From positions 29,574,001-29,638,000 of the forward strand of contig NC_067403.1 in NCBI RefSeq assembly GCF_016432865.1: a stretch of DNA of 64,000 bases, read 5' to 3'. Source of the stretch: Antechinus flavipes. Its lineage: Eukaryota. The notes below the pieces were generated by a model. The model was given only the letters and a program-made list of their open reading frames with translations, was not told the DNA's origin and did no database searches. Both the position numbers and the translations under genes were made by a program. The stretch's first letter is position 1, and each line of letters opens with the position of its first letter. Below are positions 60,780 through 64,000 of the stretch, piece by piece.

Positions 60780-62260
60780 CCAGTACTATGAAGCAACTGA
60801 GCCAAAGCTGAAAGGAAAGTCTGATGCTGCAAAGACTGGTACTGCAGAGAAACCTGGAATGTAATATCTATGAATCAAGGCAAGCTAGATGTGACAAACA
60901 GAAGATGGAAAGTCTAAACATCAGCATCCTAAGAATTAGTGAAGTCAAATGAGCAGGAATGGGCAAGAAAGAAGAATCCTTTAGAAGAAATGAAATAGCT
61001 CTGAGATAAACTATTCACCATCACAGTAATACAAGTGTGTGCTCTGACCATTGATGCTGAAAAGGCCAAAGTTCATCATTTCTATGAAGCCTTACAACAT
61101 CATCTACAAATAATACCCCCCCAAAATATGACACATCCATCTTAATGGGATTGGAATGCTAAACCAGGAAATCAAAAGGTAATCAGTAATAATAAGCAAG
61201 AGTGTAAAGTGCAAAGTGAAGTACAAAACGAAGCAGGGCAGAGAATGAATGATAAAAGTTTTTGTCAAGGTAACTTGCTGATTGACATGGATATTACCAG
61301 ACTATCAACATCCAATCAGATTAATTAAGTACTTGGAAGCCATTCACCTCAGGACTGTGAGGCAGCTCTGTACTCAATATGGCAACAAATTTGGAAAACT
61401 TAACAGTGGCCACTGGATTGGAAAAGATCAGTTTACAACCCTGTCCTAAAAAAGGGCATTGCCAAAGAATATTCAAAGTACCAAACATTTGGGATTATTG
61501 AACATGCTAAGGTTATACTTAAGAATCTATTAGGCCTCAGCAGTACGTGAACCAAGAATTGCCAGAAATACAGGCTGATTTTCCAAAAGGCAGAGAAATT
61601 AGAGACCATATCGTCAAATAAAGGGTATTAGAAGGCTTATGTAAAAGGCTTAAGGGACATGGACCTCAAAAAATTGTGTATCCTGTAAAAGAATAAAAAG
61701 GCAAAACGGCAGAAGGACATTGAAACAATTAAAAAAGGCATTAGAAGCAAAGCACATCCCACCAAATCCCAACCCTGACTTGAAACAGATATTCCAAAGG
61801 AACTAAAGGAAGAACTGAAAGCATTTCTATAAAATAAGAAAAATTAAAAATAGAACTGAACATGGACATAAAAGTTTAGGCAAAATTCAAGTAAAAGCAG
61901 TGTAGCTAAAATGTGGTAAGATTATGACAGAACTCTGCAAAGTGAATCTGAAAATACTAGTGAATAAATTAAAAAAATGATGAATACAATGGAAACTAAA
62001 TGGCAGATAATATTGAAACAAGTTCTAAATAATTTAAAAATAATTTTAAAACAATTAAGAGGATTTCAAAGTGATGGAATTACTGGCAAGGAAACCTTAG
62101 AATTAGTGGAGTCCAGAAATTGTTAAAAAAAAAATTGTTATATTTTTGGAAATCACATGACAAAACTTATTAGAACCATAAAAAAGCCTCAACACTGAGC
62201 AACATTCTGCCGAGAGACAGAGAATCTATATAATCCCTGACAGAGAAATGAAATTTGTGA
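60780..62260 (+). mobile_element. Bov-B-type RTE remnants (endonuclease, linker, RT start; rearranged)
   Basis: acctggaatgta...tctatgaatcaaggcaagctagatgtg (TWNV.SMNQGKL.V); actcaatatggcaacaaatttggaaaac...cagtggccactggattggaaaagatcag. Confidence 0.85.
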
Positions 62261-64000
62261 ATCATTTAGTAGACTTCAGAACTCTGGGGGCAAAAAAAGA
62301 CAAGACAAAATTCTCAACTTCCAGAAAGAAAAGTTTTTATTTAAAAACTCACAGCATAGAGAGTGTTTTATTTTTGGCTTTTCATTCCTAACGTACCTAA
62401 GTCAATGCTTGGCATACGTATTAGATATGCACATACCTTTTGATTTAAAAAAAAAGAATCTCTTAAGGAATTACAAGATTTTTCTAAAAGAAAAATGATC
62501 CCTAAAATTGAACTAATACTCTAGGCCTTCTTCCTTCACTTATTACCAGCATACTTAAGTATGTTTAAAGGACATTTAACAAACAAGAGAAGTGTAAAAA
62601 ATTCCTGGGGCAAAAAAATTACATTCCTAAAAAAGTTTTTGGAACTAAGAGAGAGAGCTTAAAGGATTAAGAATTTAGAACAATATATACTTTTCAGCTG
62701 TGATTAATTTTTTATCATAATGTCATGAGTCTGTATAAGATAATTCCTTGCATTATAATACTATTATCTTGGCTACATTATTGAATTATATAATTTGCGT
62801 TGAAAAAAGAATAACAGGCAAAAAGAGAAGAAATTAGATTTTTACAATTAACAAGATATTATTTAAAAAAAGGCAGGTCAATGGAATTATGAGGAGAGAA
62901 GATAAGTGAAGGACTTTTTACAAAGGTGTTGGTAGTGTTAAGTTTTAGAGATGTGCAAGTTTTAATGTAAAAATCTGGAATTCTCTTTAGTATTTTTGAC
63001 TTACAAATAGAATTAATAAAATGAGAACGTTGATGTTTTCATTTAAAAATTGAATAATTTGCAATAGAGAATGTAAATGACATGACCTCCAGTATAAACA
63101 GGAAAAGAATTTTGTAAAAATTAATTTCTAATAAAGTAATCAAACCAATTTCTTTTTTTAATTAATTTTTTCCCCCATTTTAAAATCTTTACCTCTAAGC
63201 AACACATGGTTTTAGCAGCTATATGGAGATAATTTATCTCCATATATAAAATAATAAAAAGAAAAAATTAATATAAAAAGGAAAGTTCACTTATTTTCAA
63301 TTTACGTGGAACATATATTTTTAAATTTTTTTATTGTCCTAGAGAAACAGACATAACTATAGATAGCATGTTTATTGATCATTCCAACAATGTCTACATA
63401 GAATTTTAAAATTAATTTATTCTACAATGGTTAAAGAAGAAATTAAAAAATTAAATCAATTAAATTATAAAATTTACAGTTTACCTAAAAATAATGATAG
63501 CAAAAAACTATCAAAGTTTATGTAATACAGCCCAAGTATTATTTAGAGGTAAATTTGTATCACACATGTTGATTACAATTATGTGTGGAAAAAACCCTCA
63601 TAGCAACAAAACCTTAAAGAAAAAGGCATAGAACAGATTATTATATGCTTATATTTTTCTTACCTTAAAATGAGATTAGATTAGAGATTATGGATTTATT
63701 TTGGATTTGATTATTTAATTTGTATACTCATATTTATTGATATTTTTATTATATAAAACATTTTTAAAAATATGCATGTTGGTTCTAAAGGGGGTTAGGC
63801 AACAAGATAGTACATATGGCTCAACTCAGGTTTATCACTATCCCTACACTTAGAAAAATATTTGAGTTCATATTCAATTAATTAGGCCTTGATCAAGTGC
63901 CATTTCTTCCTTGAAGGTTTCCCTCATCCTAAACTCTTTTGGAATCACTCATGCTCCTCTGAATCTTCCTATTTACTTGTATTATAGTTTAGTGCTTGTC

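Noticed and set aside
1-64000. CRISPR arrays, rRNA/tRNA genes, NUMTs, prokaryotic operons
   Set aside because: None seen; this is vertebrate intronic and intergenic DNA, and the tRNA-like heads belong to SINEs.

Overview
This 64-kb window comes from a marsupial genome, probably a dasyurid such as the Tasmanian devil. The evidence is Mar1- and WSINE1-type CORE-SINEs, Bov-B-type RTEs, marsupial L1 3' ends, and two sized N-gaps typical of a short-read scaffold. It holds the CpG-island promoter and first eight coding exons of NSUN7 on the + strand (13024-60112; 1342 nt, 447 codons). All GT-AG junctions keep frame and the gene continues past the window end. The rest is repeat-rich intron and upstream DNA: L1, L2, L3/CR1, RTE, SINEs, solo LTRs and hAT MITEs, several nested and several with readable target-site duplications. 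I did not find a convincing new multi-gene system. The best leads are: (1) an unusual NSUN7 start region, with a strong-Kozak uORF whose stop overlaps a weak main ATG, and ACG where the eutherian ATG appears to align; (2) several 0.5-2 kb patches where old repeats look shifted from A/T to G/C, suggesting fossil GC-biased gene conversion; (3) degenerate SAM-binding motifs I and IV, consistent with a pseudo-enzyme; (4) two different hAT MITEs inserted at the same TCTAGA site of one host repeat family; (5) convergent solo LTRs with TATA and polyA signals flanking the promoter. Repeat family names and human NSUN7 comparisons are from memory, not a database search.
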